Source: Eledone cirrhosa
Lineage: Eukaryota
DNA: 64,000 nt
Assembly: GCA_964016885.1 (NCBI GenBank)
Contig: OZ024750.1
Span: 27,900,001-27,964,000 of the forward strand
Reading direction: 5' to 3'
Shown here: piece after piece, positions 1-13,001 of the stretch
Position numbering within the stretch: position 1 is the first letter of the stretch
Layout of the letters: each line of letters begins with the position of its first letter
Program-made: the position numbers and the translations under genes
Notes under the pieces: model-generated
Database searches by the model: none
What the model was told of the DNA's origin: nothing
The model's input: the letters and a program-made list of their open reading frames with translations, nothing else

Positions 1-59
1 ACTAGTTGAGGGCAAACACAATTAAGTGTAAACAGCACATGTGAGCCAATCCGATACAA

Positions 60-205
60 ATTAATAGAATGATCCTCCATCAGTTTTGACGATGTATATC
101 CCAGTTTTTCGATCAACGGGAAAGCCTGCTTGTGAATTGAACTGCCAAGGGGCAGACCATTCAAAAGATATGTATACTCTTTATGCAAATTCTCAAGAAA
201 TTCGT
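60..205 (+). mobile_element. Degenerate SINE body fragment resembling cephalopod SINE central domain
   Basis: cgatcaacgggaaagcctgcttgtgaattgaac...gatatgtatactct resembles the octopus SINE body as I recall it; not database-checked. Confidence 0.4.
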
Positions 206-352
206 GGTCCGATTTACGCGAAACTTGTTTTACTCCATTTGTATTCCCATTTCAGGGGCAACTTCCTTTCAAAGTATTTTCCCATTATGCGCCCTTTTGG
301 CTGTATTACATTACAGACAAGCAAGCAACCGCAGGCATTTAGTAATATCTAG

Positions 353-680
353 AGGATTTCTTCTATAGGCACAAGGCCAGTAATATGGGGGCAGGGGAAT
401 GTCGATTAAATCGACCCCAGTGCATTACTGGTACTTTATTTTATCGACCCCGTAAAGATGAAAGGCAAAGTTAACCTCGGCGGGATTTGAACTCAGACCG
501 CAAAGGTTCACAAACTCTATGCTGCAACACATGGCGTCCAGCCCTCTACCGATACTGCCAATCCACCGCCCTTTGGGGCAATATATGATTGTTTCTACTT
601 TTGGCACAAGGCCAGCAATTATCCAGTACATTACTGGTACTTTATTTTATCGACCTCGTAAGGATGAAAGGCAAAGTTAA
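353..680 (-). mobile_element. tRNA-derived SINE: one full copy plus one partial copy (dominant family in window)
   Basis: Minus strand has an A-box-like tggcagtatcggtag, a B-box gagttcaaatcc and the central gcctttcatc..acggggtcgataaaataaagtaccag; about 20 homologous copies in window. Confidence 0.85.
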
Positions 681-1172
681 ATATGTTTGCATGCAAACAA
701 GGATACTGGGCAAATCATATTAGTAGAAGATATTAATGAAATAGGGATTAATGAGTATTCAAAGTAATATTTCCTGGCTCTTATGTCCAGCATGGCTTAA
801 CGTATGTAAGGTTTTCAAGACGAACCGTGGAGATACAAATTACTGATGTCTACTGAAATTAATAGATAGTTCAATACGAGGATTAAACACATTTTTTTTT
901 TCATTTTACGAGATGTTACATACCTAAATGTTTGGCCATGCCTATGTAATAACATATATATATATATATAATATTAAAGATACAATTTATAGTTATGTAT
1001 ATACTAAACTATAAACAACTATAAACTGGGAAGGTGAGTAATGTATTACTGCCTTAATACTGCTCCGAGGACTCCAAGCTTAAGTTTGGAAGAAACAATT
1101 GTCAGCGATTAAATGTTTTAAACTTAACTTTGATACTTGCGTAATCTCTCTCTACCTCTTTCTCTCTCTCTA

Positions 1173-1222
<50 letters not shown>

Positions 1223-1317
1223 TTTTGAGTATATGTTGGTTGTATACCAACACCTCAGTATGCAGGCTGGAGCACTCGACGAAGTGCGCAGGTTGGTTTG
1301 GTTACTCCGGAGTAGTG

Positions 1318-1543
1318 TAAAATAAAGTTAAATAAAAGTCAAATGATTAAAATTTAGCTTCGTTTATTACTGCTATATATATTTCAGTGACAGCCATCTT
1401 TGGCTGTGACCTCTTCAGGCAGTTTGAATTAGTATGGTATAGACAAGTACATATGTTGTTTAGGTGCATATTATTGTCAATACTCTGATATGCCCAGTTC
1501 CTTGTTGGGTTGTTAATTCACTGAGGAACTGGAGTCATATGAC
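1318..1543. mobile_element. HHR-bearing dispersed repeat (PLE terminal-repeat/retrozyme-like); inverted copy at 53231-53455
   Basis: Near-identical reverse complement of 53231-53455. Confidence 0.75.
1369..1423 (-). ncRNA. Type I hammerhead ribozyme (family A)
   Basis: Minus: ACUGC CUGAAGA GGUCACAGCCA-AAGA-UGGCUGUCACU GAAA UAUAUA UA/GCAGU; stem I ACUGC/GCAGU, long stem II, palindromic stem III. Confidence 0.85.
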
Positions 1544-1817
1544 TCCAGTTCGGATGCTACAGTATCTTTCTTGATTGCCTATTATAACATAGTGTAGCAA
1601 TAATGGACTGAAACTCTGATGAAACAATTGTTAATACGTGGATTAAATTCTTTTGTAACTGTTTACCTTCGTCCTATTTCTCTTCTCTGATTACACTCCT
1701 CGTTTGTTCGTGTTTCCACTACAGAATCCCTACCAACCTGTCGAGTCACCTTAACGTATGTTAAGAACTTTCCTCACAACTTGTTCTACCAAGCTTTGGA
1801 ATACTCCTAATAACTGA

Positions 1818-1863
<46 letters not shown>

Positions 1864-1950
1864 ACATACACATACATATGCTTGGTGGTCACCGATCTGT
1901 CCAGCTCGTTTGTTTACCAGCATATCATGAGAGAATTATACATCACGTAT

Positions 1951-2030
1951 GTATTTTGACTGAAGAGGACATGTTTTGCTTTATGTTATTCATAAAACTT
2001 TACATCTTCGAAATATATATAATGAAATAA
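1951..2030 (+). ncRNA. Degenerate hammerhead ribozyme
   Basis: CTGAAGA 1960-1966, imperfect long stem II, GAAATATATATA from 2010; stem I eroded. Confidence 0.5.
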
Positions 2031-2065
2031 ATAGAGATGATATAAAGTTTATATCTTTCGTTTAT

Positions 2066-2124
<59 letters not shown>

Positions 2125-2175
2125 GTAAAATGATAGGAGGCGGGACAGGTTGAATTCCATTAATTATTTATTTCT

Positions 2176-2245
2176 GCAAATACTATGCACATTTCAGTGG
2201 CGAGGCTGCGTATGAGCCCGGTGACATCATCAGGTGTATATTGCA
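2176..2245 (-). ncRNA. Degenerate hammerhead ribozyme
   Basis: Minus: AC CUGAUGA UGU..GGCU..AGCC..ACU GAAA UGUGCA UA/GU; core intact, stems I and II imperfect. Confidence 0.5.
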
Positions 2246-2958
2246 TAATAGTTGTATACCAAACGAATGGCGGTAAATACATTGCAAGAGGCTTTAAGGA
2301 GAAAAGCAAAGAAAAAAACAACAACAAAAAAGTGTGTTTTTGTTTTTGATTCAGAGACGTTCTCGCACCACCAGCAGGCTTCCACATCAAAGATGGATGA
2401 GTTGCCTAACGTCGAGTGCCTTCCTCCTATTACATCAAGATTAACATTGCAGACTGACACATTCTACCCTGTGATGAACCACCAAATTTAAACGTATATA
2501 TATAATATTGGAAAATGACGGAATTTGCCTGGGTTAGTAAGATATATTTGTAAAAAGAGAACGACTTAAAATGTTTACAGTAAGTCGTTATTAATATTAG
2601 AACTAATATCAATAACGACTTACTGTAAAGAATACTAACCAGCAGTGAAGCCATTCTTCTCTTTTTTCAAATATTGCGTATATATCTATGTATGTATATA
2701 TGCATGTATGTATCTATGTATGTATGCATGAATGCATGCATCCATCTATGTATGCATCCATCTATGTATGTATATATGCATGTATGTATCTGTGTGTGTG
2801 TATGTATGCATTAATATGTCAAAAGAAATATCTGAGATATATGACACCATCCATAGAAGGTGGGCTAAACAATTTTTCTCTTACCATAATAGGGAAAGAA
2901 ATTAGAAATCCTGTTAAAATACGAATAACTTTCTTGGTGTATATTCACTCCCTGATAA

Positions 2959-2989
<31 letters not shown>

Positions 2990-3586
2990 ACAACTAAATG
3001 ATTAAATAAATACTGCAAGTGATCAAATTATGTGAGCATGATGTTGACTTTGTTGCGAAATGAGTTCTGGTTGGATATTGAAGGTCATCAAGGACGGTGA
3101 TTGCTATGGTGATTTGAACACGTGTACTGAAAGAATGTCAAGTTAAAGATGTGAAATGCGGAAATAGCAGTGAAGGGTAAAATTTATGAACGTATGTGTA
3201 TATGTATATATACACATATATATATATATATATATATTGATGTGTGTGTATGTATGTGTATGTATATATATGTGTATATATGTGTATATATATATATATG
3301 TATGAATGTGTATGTGTATATATATATGTATGTGTGTATGTATGTATGTATGTTTATCTATGTACATATGTATGTGTATATGTATATGCGTATATATATA
3401 TATATATATACGTGTGTGTGTGTGTACGACCTTGTACTTGTGAGCATTTCAAATTATTAAATAAATACACATGTATGTATTTCATGTATATGTGAGCATG
3501 TATGTTTACTTATACATATGTTATACATATTGTAGATTGAATGGGAATACAAAAACACATTTACGTGCATTTACTATATGTATGCC

Positions 3587-3702
<116 letters not shown>

Positions 3703-4107
3703 GATATGATCTTAGTGGTGACTCTCACTCATCAGTATCACCCAAACTTAGTGGCGAAAGGTCAATGGAATTCAAACGTTTCCAAACTTTAAATCTTAAA
3801 TAAGATTAATTAAAACTGTTTATCTCGCGGCGTCTTTTGGCAATATACCATGTAAATTTAATAATCTAAAAGCTTGCCAAATTAAATTAATGTTTATATA
3901 ACATGAGGTTGAACTAAAGCTACATTTCGTTGAAGAATTATAACCATTCTGGGCTGTGTTATTGTTATTAGTTTAGTTGGGAATTCGTCAGCCAGAGTTG
4001 CACCTTTGGGTTTGCACAAATATCACATCAAGAATGAAATTGATATTCTGAAATATTTTTTGTTGATTTAAAATAAATCAGTTTGAAGTTTGGCCAACTT
4101 AGCCAAA

Positions 4108-4478
4108 GTTTGAGTAGCCGTATTGCTTGGGTTAAGCTTCGGTAGCTTTAACGCTTGAGCTAAGCTTCGGTAGTTTTAACGCTTGAGCTAAGCTTCGGTA
4201 GCTTTAATGCTTGAGCTAAGCTTCAATAGCCTTATTGCTTGGGTTAAGCTTCGGTAGCTTTAATACTTGAGCTAAGCTTCAGTAGACTTAATGCTTAGGC
4301 TAAGCTTGAGGAGCCTTAATGCTTGAGCTAAGCTTCAAAAACCTTAATGCTTAAGCTAAGCTTCAAAAACCTTAATGCTTGAGCTAAGCTTCAGCAGCTA
4401 TAATGCTTGGGCTAATCTTCAGTAGCCTTAATACTAGGACTAAGCTTGAGTAGCCATAATGCCTGGGCTAAGCTGTAG
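4108..4478. repeat. 28-bp minisatellite, about 13 diverged copies
   Basis: Unit gcttgagctaagcttcggtagctttaac. Confidence 0.9.
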
Positions 4479-5258
4479 TTGCCATCCATATATTTATTTG
4501 TGATTCCTATATTTGCTAAAAGAATTTCAAATCATTTCGACAAATTGTATAGAAGATTGTTTACATCTAAGCTGCTCACTATATTTATCTAATTCAGATG
4601 GAACCTGTTGCCAGATGTCCTTTACCTCAATAGTTCTAGCATTCGGCCGGAATTCGGTAGATACAGAGTACGATTTTCCGTAGTGGCTGTTGACCACTTT
4701 TCTCCCTCCATAAGGGTATTTTACCCGATTTCCTAAGCTATTATTTATAATAACTGACTGTTGTTACAGGCATTTTCTGCATTTGGAATGCCAATATTTT
4801 CTAACGAAAAAGTATGTGTAATATTTATATTAACAATTTAACTTATTTATTTAAGTCTGTCTGTGAAACCTCAAGTTTATGAAACCTCAGGTAATGCAGA
4901 AGTAAGTTCAACTGGTAATATATGTACTTAAAGCCTTTGGAAGTTTTCATCAACCAAATATGACACACAAGGCTTTGGTACAAGACCCTTATTTACCCAA
5001 GTTACCACGAAGAGGGCTTGAATCAAAACCCCCCTGATTACAAACCGAACTTGTTACACCTGCAAAAATAATACCCATATTGACTCTCATTCATACACAC
5101 ATATATACATTCACACAAACACACTAACACACACAGTGCATGTGTTAGTATGTGTGTGTATATATGTATGTATATGTATACATATGTGTATATATATATG
5201 TATATATATACATATGTATATATATACATATGTATATATATACATATGTGTATATATA

Positions 5259-5292
<34 letters not shown>

Positions 5293-5886
5293 AATATATA
5301 TATATATAAATATTTGTCGTGTGATGAGTCCATAGTGTATACATACCTCCACAGGTAGTGAGGTACACCTGTGACCAGGCGGGCAGGTAGGCAATCTAAA
5401 TCAAGATCTGACGAAAGGTGAAATTACTTGAGTTTGTTACCAAGAAACCCACCCAACAACCGACCATCATCAACTTTAAAACAACATTAAACAACAACAA
5501 ACACAACATTAAACAACAAACACAACATCAAACAAAACAAACAGCAACCAAAACAAAAAAAAAGGGGAGAGAATTTAGTCGGCAATTTTCTTTATGACTA
5601 TGTGTGTTTATTTATAGCTCCGAAGGTCAGTTAAGGGACGAGGTCACTGCTGGGGTTAGGTCATGGTAAGATCAAATCAATTAAACGCAACGTTCGATGT
5701 TCGTTAGCAGTCAGTAGTGCAAAGCTGGTTGGCTGTTTTATTTTTGTGTTTTATTTTGTTGTTTGGGGTTTTGTTTTGTTGTTTAATTGTTTTTTTATTT
5801 TTGTTGTTGGGGTTATTTTATTATCATTTTTACTTTCCCAGTCAAAACACCTAATTAAATCATTGGACAAATAATATTTTTAACTA

Positions 5887-7691
5887 TTGCGTGTCTTTCT
5901 GTGTGTCAAGGTGTGTGTGTGTGTATATCTGTGTGTGTGTGTGTATGTCTGTGTGTGGCTACGTGTGTGTGTGTGTGTTTTTGTGTGGCTACGTGTGTGT
6001 GTCTGTGTGTGTGGCTACAGGTGTGTGTGTGGCTACGTGTATGTGTGTGTGTTTTTGTGTGGCTACGTGTTTGTGTGGCTACAGGTGTGTGTGTGGATAC
6101 GTGTGGGTGTGTGTGTTTTTTGTGTGGCTACGTGTGTATGTATGTGGCTACGTGTGGGTGTGTGTGTTTTTGTGTGGCTACGTGTGTGTGTATGTGGCTA
6201 CGTGTGTGTGTGTGTGGCTACGTGTGTGTGTCTGTGTATGTGTGGCTACAGGTGTGTGTATGTGGCTACGTGTGGGTGTGTGTGTTTTTTGTGTGGCTAC
6301 GTGTTTGTGTCTGTGTGTGTGGCTACAGGTGTGTGTATGTGGCTACATGTAGGTGTGTGTGTTTTTGTGTGGCTACGTGTTTGTGTGTGTGGCTACAGGT
6401 GTGTGTATGTGGCTACGTGTGGGTGTGTGTGTGTGTGTTTTTGTGTGGCTACGTGTTTGTGTCTGTGTGTGTGGTTACAGGTGTGTATGTGTGGCTACGT
6501 ATGTCTGTGTGTATCTGTGTGTCAGCGTGTCTGTGTGTGGCTATCTGTGGGCGTGTGTGTGTGTGCATGCCTGTGTCAACGTGTGTGTGTGTATGCGTGT
6601 CTGTGTGTGGCTACGTGTGTGTCTGTATCTACATGTCAGCGTCTACGTATGTGTGCATGTCTGTGTCAACATCTGTGTGCATGCGTGTCTCTGTGTGTCA
6701 ACATGTGTGTGACTATGTCTCTGTGTCTGTGTGTCTACGTATGTGTGCGTACGCGCGTGTGTGTTGTGTGAGTGTCTGTGTCAACGTGTGTGTGTCTGTG
6801 TGTCTGTTTGTGCATGCCTCTGTGTCAACGTGTGTGAGGTCTGTGTGTCAACGTATGTGAATCTCTGTGTGTCTATGTATGTGTGTGTGTCTACGTGTGT
6901 GTCTGTCTTTCTGTGTGTGTGTGTGTGTGTCTACGTGTGTGTATGTATCTACGTGTGTCTGTGTTCGTGTCTGTGTGTGTGTGTGTGTCTACGTATGTGT
7001 GTCTACGTGTGTGAGTGTCTGGGTGTCAACGTGTGAGTGTCTGTGTGTCTGTGTGTGTGTGTGTGTGTGCATGCCTCTGTCAACATGTGAGTGTCTGTGT
7101 CTGTGTGTGTGTGGGGGAGGGTGTGCATGCCTCTGTGTCAACGTGTGTGAGAGGTCTGTGTCAACGTGTATGACTCTCTGTGTGTCTATGTATGTGTGCG
7201 TACGCGTATGTGTGTGTGTGCTTGTATCCATGTGTGTGTGCGTGTGTGCTTGTATCCATGTGTGTGTGTGCTTGTATCCATGCGTGTGTGTGTGCTTGTA
7301 TCCATGTGTGTGTGTGTGCGCGCGTGTGCGTGTGTATATATGTATATGTGTATGTGCGTGTGCGTGTATGTGCGTATATATGTATGTGCGTGTGTGCGTT
7401 TGTGTGTATTTGCGTGTGTATATATGTATATATGTATGTGCGTGTGCGTGTATGTGTGCGTATATGTGTGCGTGTGTATATGTGCGTGTGCGTGTATATG
7501 CGTGTGCGTGTATGTGCGTGTGTATATATATGTATATATGTATGTGCGTGTGTATATATGCATGTGCGTATGTATGTGTGTGCGTGTATGCGCGTGTGTA
7601 TATATATATGTGCGTGTGTGTATATATATTTATATGTGCGTGTGTATATATGTGTGTGCGTATATATATATATATATATGTGTATGTGTGA

Positions 7692-7700
<9 letters not shown>
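5887..7700. repeat. Compound (GT)n-based repeat with recurring ggctac / tcaac / cttgtatcca interruptions
   Basis: Direct inspection. Confidence 0.9.
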
Positions 7701-7723
<23 letters not shown>

Positions 7724-7874
7724 CCATATATATATATCCATATATATATCCATGTGTATAGGCATCCATAGGGGTCTGTGAGGTTTAACATGTAATGGAA
7801 TGTTAAAAGGTTTGTAAAGGTTAGTTCAGATGAGTGAGGTGGCACATAAAATTGCGTAGGTCTGTGATTTCCAC

Positions 7875-7923
<49 letters not shown>

Positions 7924-7926
<3 letters not shown>

Positions 7927-8687
7927 GGTCTGGATGATATTTGTTCGCAATTTTCAACTGCTAATTTTATGCAAACTTTTTTTTACTTCAGTTGTCACTC
8001 TTGTCTTCATAAAAACAGTGACTATAAACTCTCAGAATTTAAGGTGGCTCGCTGTCTCATCCAAAGACGTGCCCAGAGTCATGCAGACAAAGTTTTCAGC
8101 GACAACATTGGTCTTGTGTGTCGTCAGCAGTCAAGGTGACGTCATGCCACCTCACTTCTTCCCTGAGGGCCTCAAGCTGAACACCGATGGCTACATCCGC
8201 GTTCTGAGCGAGGTAGTAAAGCCCTGGATCGACCAGGTAGGCCGTACGTGTGGCAGCAAGACTCAGCGCTCTGCCATACCAGTCGAAAGACCCAAGCCTG
8301 GCTGTCAGAGAACTTCGTCGACCACACTTCACCTGATATCTGGCCTCCCGGCTCGCCTGACTGCAACCCCCTCGACTTCTTTGTGTGGGGCGCAGTGGAA
8401 CGAGACACCAACAGATCTAGCTGCAATACGAAAGACGATCTGAAGGCCAGGATCACAAGTGCCTTTAGGGGCCTAAGTCGGGGGACAGTGACGAAGGCCT
8501 GTAGCCGGTTCCGGGGCCGCCTTGAGATTGTCATCAAAGCCAATGGCGGGTTTATCGAGTGAGATCGAAAGAACAAATCATGAAGACAAACTGACCCAAG
8601 TTTGATAAATATATCTTAAAAAAATAATACTACTATGTTACATTTTCCTAGACAGTAATCTTGCGAACAAATATCGTCCGCACCCTG
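7924..8687 (+). mobile_element. Internally deleted Tc1/mariner DNA transposon, DD37D (maT) family
   Basis: 27-bp TIRs CAGGGTCTGGATGATATTTGTTCGCAA / TTGCGAACAAATATCGTCCGCACCCTG, flanked by TA within (TA)n; transposase C-terminal half with WQQD-x37-D (SPDCNPLD). Confidence 0.92.
8020..8562 (+). pseudogene. DD37D transposase remnant (N-terminus deleted, frameshift near 8240)
   Basis: RWLAVSSKDVPRVMQTKF...PWIDQV then WQQDSALCHTS...WPPGSPDCNPLDFFVWG...ANGGFIE* in a second frame. Confidence 0.9.
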
Positions 8688-8710
<23 letters not shown>

Positions 8711-8718
<8 letters not shown>

Positions 8719-10808
8719 GATCGAGTATCGAAAAATCGGCGCACGAGTTCACGATAAACGAAATTCGATATGAGCGGCAGAGGGCTCAATAATTCAGATG
8801 AATCAGAGCTATAACTATCGTTAAAATACCGTCACATATAGAACAAGTCTACAATCAACCATACGATTTAAAATCGATAAAGGAAGATTCGGGCCAAACA
8901 GATAAAAAATATCAATAAAACAATACGTCAATAATTTAAATGAATGTAAAATCATACCCGGACCCACTAGAAAGGTGTTAAATCTAGCTTCATGGGTTTC
9001 TGTAAATCCTTAGACTGTACTCTATCAGCTCACATATAAATATAAAAGCCTACTAGAGTAAGTGGAACGGAGTTTACGTTATCAACGAGTTTTTTCCTGG
9101 CGGCAGAGGAGTCAACTAGCGGTGAAAAACGCACATGGCATTAGACAAGGGAGATGACCCCTATATCCGCGAAAACAATTCGAGTGAATGTGGAAATACA
9201 CATATCGAATTAGAGTGCTCAATAGACATGTTAAAATAAAACAAAAGCTATTCATCACTCAATAGAATCGACAAAAAATGAGCAATAAAATTAACTGGTG
9301 GATAGCTATGTCCAGAGCTAAATATATTAGAAAGATCGAGTATCGAAAAATCGGCGCACGAGTTCACGATAAACGAAATTCGATATGAGCGGCAGAGGGC
9401 TCAATAATTCAGATGAATCAGAGCTATAACTATCGTTAAAATACCGTCACATATAGAACAAGTCTACAATCAACCATACGATTTAAAATCGATAAAGGAA
9501 GATTCGGGCCAAACAGATAAAAAATATCAATAAAACAATACGTCAATAATTTAAATGAATGTAAAATCATACCCGGACCCACTAGAAAGGTGTTAAATCT
9601 AGCTTCATGGGTTTCTGTAAATCCTTAGACTGTACTCTATCAGCTCACATATAAATATAAAAGCCTACTAGAGTAAGTGGAACGGAGTTTACGTTATCAA
9701 CGAGTTTTTTCCTGGCGGCAGAGGAGTCAACTAGCGGTGAAAAACGCACATGGCATTAGACAAGGGAGATGACCCCTATATCCGCGAAAACAATTCGAGT
9801 GAATGTGGAAATACACATATCGAATTAGAGTGCTCAATAGACATGTTAAAATAAAACAAAAGCTATTCATCACTCAATAGAATCGACAAAAAATGAGCAA
9901 TAAAATTAACTGGTGGATAGCTATGTCCAGAGCTAAATATATTAGAAAGATCGAGTATCGAAAAATCGGCGCACGAGTTCACGATAAACGAAATTCGATA
10001 TGAGCGGCAGAGGGCTCAATAATTCAGATGAATCAGAGCTATAACTATCGTTAAAATACCGTCACATATAGAACAAGTCTACAATCAACCATACGATTTA
10101 AAATCGATAAAGGAAGATTCGGGCCAAACAGATAAAAAATATCAATAAAACAATACGTCAATAATTTAAATGAATGTAAAATCATACCCGGACCCACTAG
10201 AAAGGTGTTAAATCTAGCTTCATGGGTTTCTGTAAATCCTTAGACTGTACTCTATCAGCTCACATATAAATATAAAAGCCTACTAGAGTAAGTGGAACGG
10301 AGTTTACGTTATCAACGAGTTTTTTCCTGGCGGCAGAGGAGTCAACTAGCGGTGAAAAACGCACATGGCATTAGACAAGGGAGATGACCCCTATATCCGC
10401 GAAAACAATTCGAGTGAATGTGGAAATACACATATCGAATTAGAGTGCTCAATAGACATGTTAAAATAAAACAAAAGCTATTCATCACTCAATAGAATCG
10501 ACAAAAAATGAGCAATAAAATTAACTGGTGGATAGCTATGTCCAGAGCTAAATATATTAGAAAGATCGAGTATCGAAAAATCGGCGCACGAGTTCACGAT
10601 AAACGAAATTCGATATGAGCGGCAGAGGGCTCAATAATTCAGATGAATCAGAGCTATAACTATCGTTAAAATACCGTCACATATAGAACAAGTCTACAAT
10701 CAACCATACGATTTAAAATCGATAAAGGAAGATTCGGGCCAAACAGATAAAAAATATCAATAAAACAATACGTCAATAATTTAAATGAATGTAAAATCAT
10801 ACCCGGAC

Positions 10809-10810
<2 letters not shown>
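8711..10810. repeat. Tandem array, 615-bp unit, about 3.4 apparently identical copies, flanked by (TA)n
   Basis: Unit starts attagaaagatcgag at 8711, 9326, 9941, 10556. Confidence 0.95.
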
Positions 10811-10864
<54 letters not shown>

Positions 10865-11029
10865 ATATATATAAAATGTAGAAGAAAGAGAGTGAGTCTA
10901 TAGGTGAATGCATGTTAGTTGGTGTGTGTGTGTGCCTATGTATGTGTGTGAGAAAGAGGAAATCTATAGGTGAATGCATGTTTGTGTGTGTGTGTATGCC
11001 TATGTATGTATGTGTTTGTATGTGTGTAA

Positions 11030-12060
11030 ATGTACCTCTTATGTGTGTGTGTGTACCTCTTATACATGTGTGTGTACCTCTTATGCGTGTGTGTACCTCT
11101 TATGCATGTGTGTGTGCCTGTTATGCATGTGTGTGTGCCTCTTATGCATGTGTGTGTACATCTTATGCATGTGTGTGTGCCTCTTATGCATGTGTGTGTG
11201 TGCCTCTTATGCATGTGTGTGTGTGCCTCTTATGCATGTGTGTGTGTGCCTCTTATGCATGTGTGCCTCTTATGCATGTGTGTGTGTGCCTCTTATGCAT
11301 GTGTGTGTGTGCCTCTTATGCATGTGTGTATGTACCTCTTATGCATGTGTGTGTGCCTCTTATGCATGTGTGTGTGTGCCTCTTATGCATGTGTGTGTGT
11401 GTGCCTCTTATGCATGTGTGTGTGTGTGCCTCTCATGCGTGTGTGTGTGTGCCTTTCATGCATGTGTGTGTGCCTCTCATGCATGTGTGTGTGTACCTCT
11501 TATGCATGTGTGTGTGTGTGCCTCTTATGTATAATGTGTGACTCTGGTATATGTGACTCTAGTGTGTGTCGTATGTATGTGCTTTATATTGTGTATGTGT
11601 ATGTGTTTGTGTGTATGTATGCGTCTGTGTGTGTGTGTATGTATGTGTCTGTATGTGCTATATATTGCCTATGTGTATGTATATGTCTGTGTGTATGTAT
11701 GTGTTACATATTGTCTTTGTGTGTATGTATGTGTCTGTGTATATGTATGCGTCTGTGTGTGTATGTATGTGTGTGTGTATGTGCTTTATATTGCCTATGT
11801 GTATGTATATGTCTGTGTGTATGTATGTGCTACATATTGTCTTTGTGTGTATGTATGTGTCTGTGTATATGTATGCGTCTGTGTGTGTATGTGCTTTATA
11901 TTGCTTATGTGCATGTATATGTCTGTGTGTGTATATATGTCTGTATGTATGTGTTACATATTGTCTGTGTGTGTATGTATGTGTGTGTATGTGCTTTATA
12001 TTGCCTATGTGTATGTATATGTCTGTATGTGTATATATGTCTGTGTGTGTATGTATATGT
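11030..12060. repeat. (GT)n-cctcttatgcat minisatellite followed by GT/AT-rich compound repeat
   Basis: Direct inspection. Confidence 0.85.
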
Positions 12061-12836
12061 TTGTGTTTTCTCAGTGAATCACTGCCATGAACAGGTTTAG
12101 AAATCTAATTTGTTTGCATGAGGCGCAAATTAAATCGTTTGTACTTGAAAACTTTCTTAGCTTTTATCTCAAGGTAAATAACTTTACACACGTGACTATC
12201 AACTCCATACATTTCTATAGTTATAGAGAATCGTTGATTTTACCATCGGAGTCACAAACGTTAGCAAATCTACAAGAAATATTAATTGTAGTTGATTTTA
12301 CCAAATCTGAAGGTCTCCCCTGAATTAGATTTTGGAAAAAATATATATACTATACATACATTCATGTATACATCGCTATTTCAGGGCACCAATACTAATA
12401 CCTAATTTTTGCTGGACCGCGGCAAACGCCCTGTTTAATCAGCTCTTAAATATTACTGGAATTCTATAAGAATCCAGCTTCTATAAATCTCGGCAGAAAC
12501 AAAGAAGTGAGTGGTCTTGATAAAGGCTAACGAGCGAGAAACAAACTGTCGATCACTCTTCTTTGCTTTTGCCGAAAATAAGTAAGTGACATAGTCACTA
12601 CTTTAAAACTCATAGCGAAGGGTCTTCAAAATGTTTTTAATTAAACATACAGTATACTGCCAAATATACTATACATAGAACACGAATACTAATATATTTG
12701 TAACATTTCTGATTATATTTTTTAAAAAGATGACGACTTAGTTAAAATCAATTGATTTATAGCAGGCGCAAATTAGTTTTGTCCGTATATGGTCTGGGGT
12801 CAAATTCCATCGAGATAGACCAGGTATACTGTACAG

Positions 12837-13001
12837 CAGGCATGTCAAACGGCCCTTTACAAGCACACCTGCGGTTCGCACAAAGGTTTTTACTGCGTGA
12901 GCGTAATATAAAATAAAAAATATTAGTTGTCGTGTGTGGCCCTCCGACAATACATATGTGACCCATGTGGTCCTCGGGGGAGCCTCAGTTTGACATGACT
13001 G
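12837..13001. mobile_element. hAT-type MITE (165 bp)
   Basis: TIRs CAGGCATGTCAAAC / GTTTGACATGACTG; 8-bp TSD CTGTACAG at 12829-12836 and 13002-13009. Confidence 0.85.

Noticed and set aside
2252-2491. 79-aa ORF or possible terminal exon, and an open stretch at about 4527-4765 (-)
   Set aside because: No recognisable homology and weak splice signals
5404-5430. CTGACGA...GAAA motif
   Set aside because: Only 5 nt between the core halves, with no stem II or stem I
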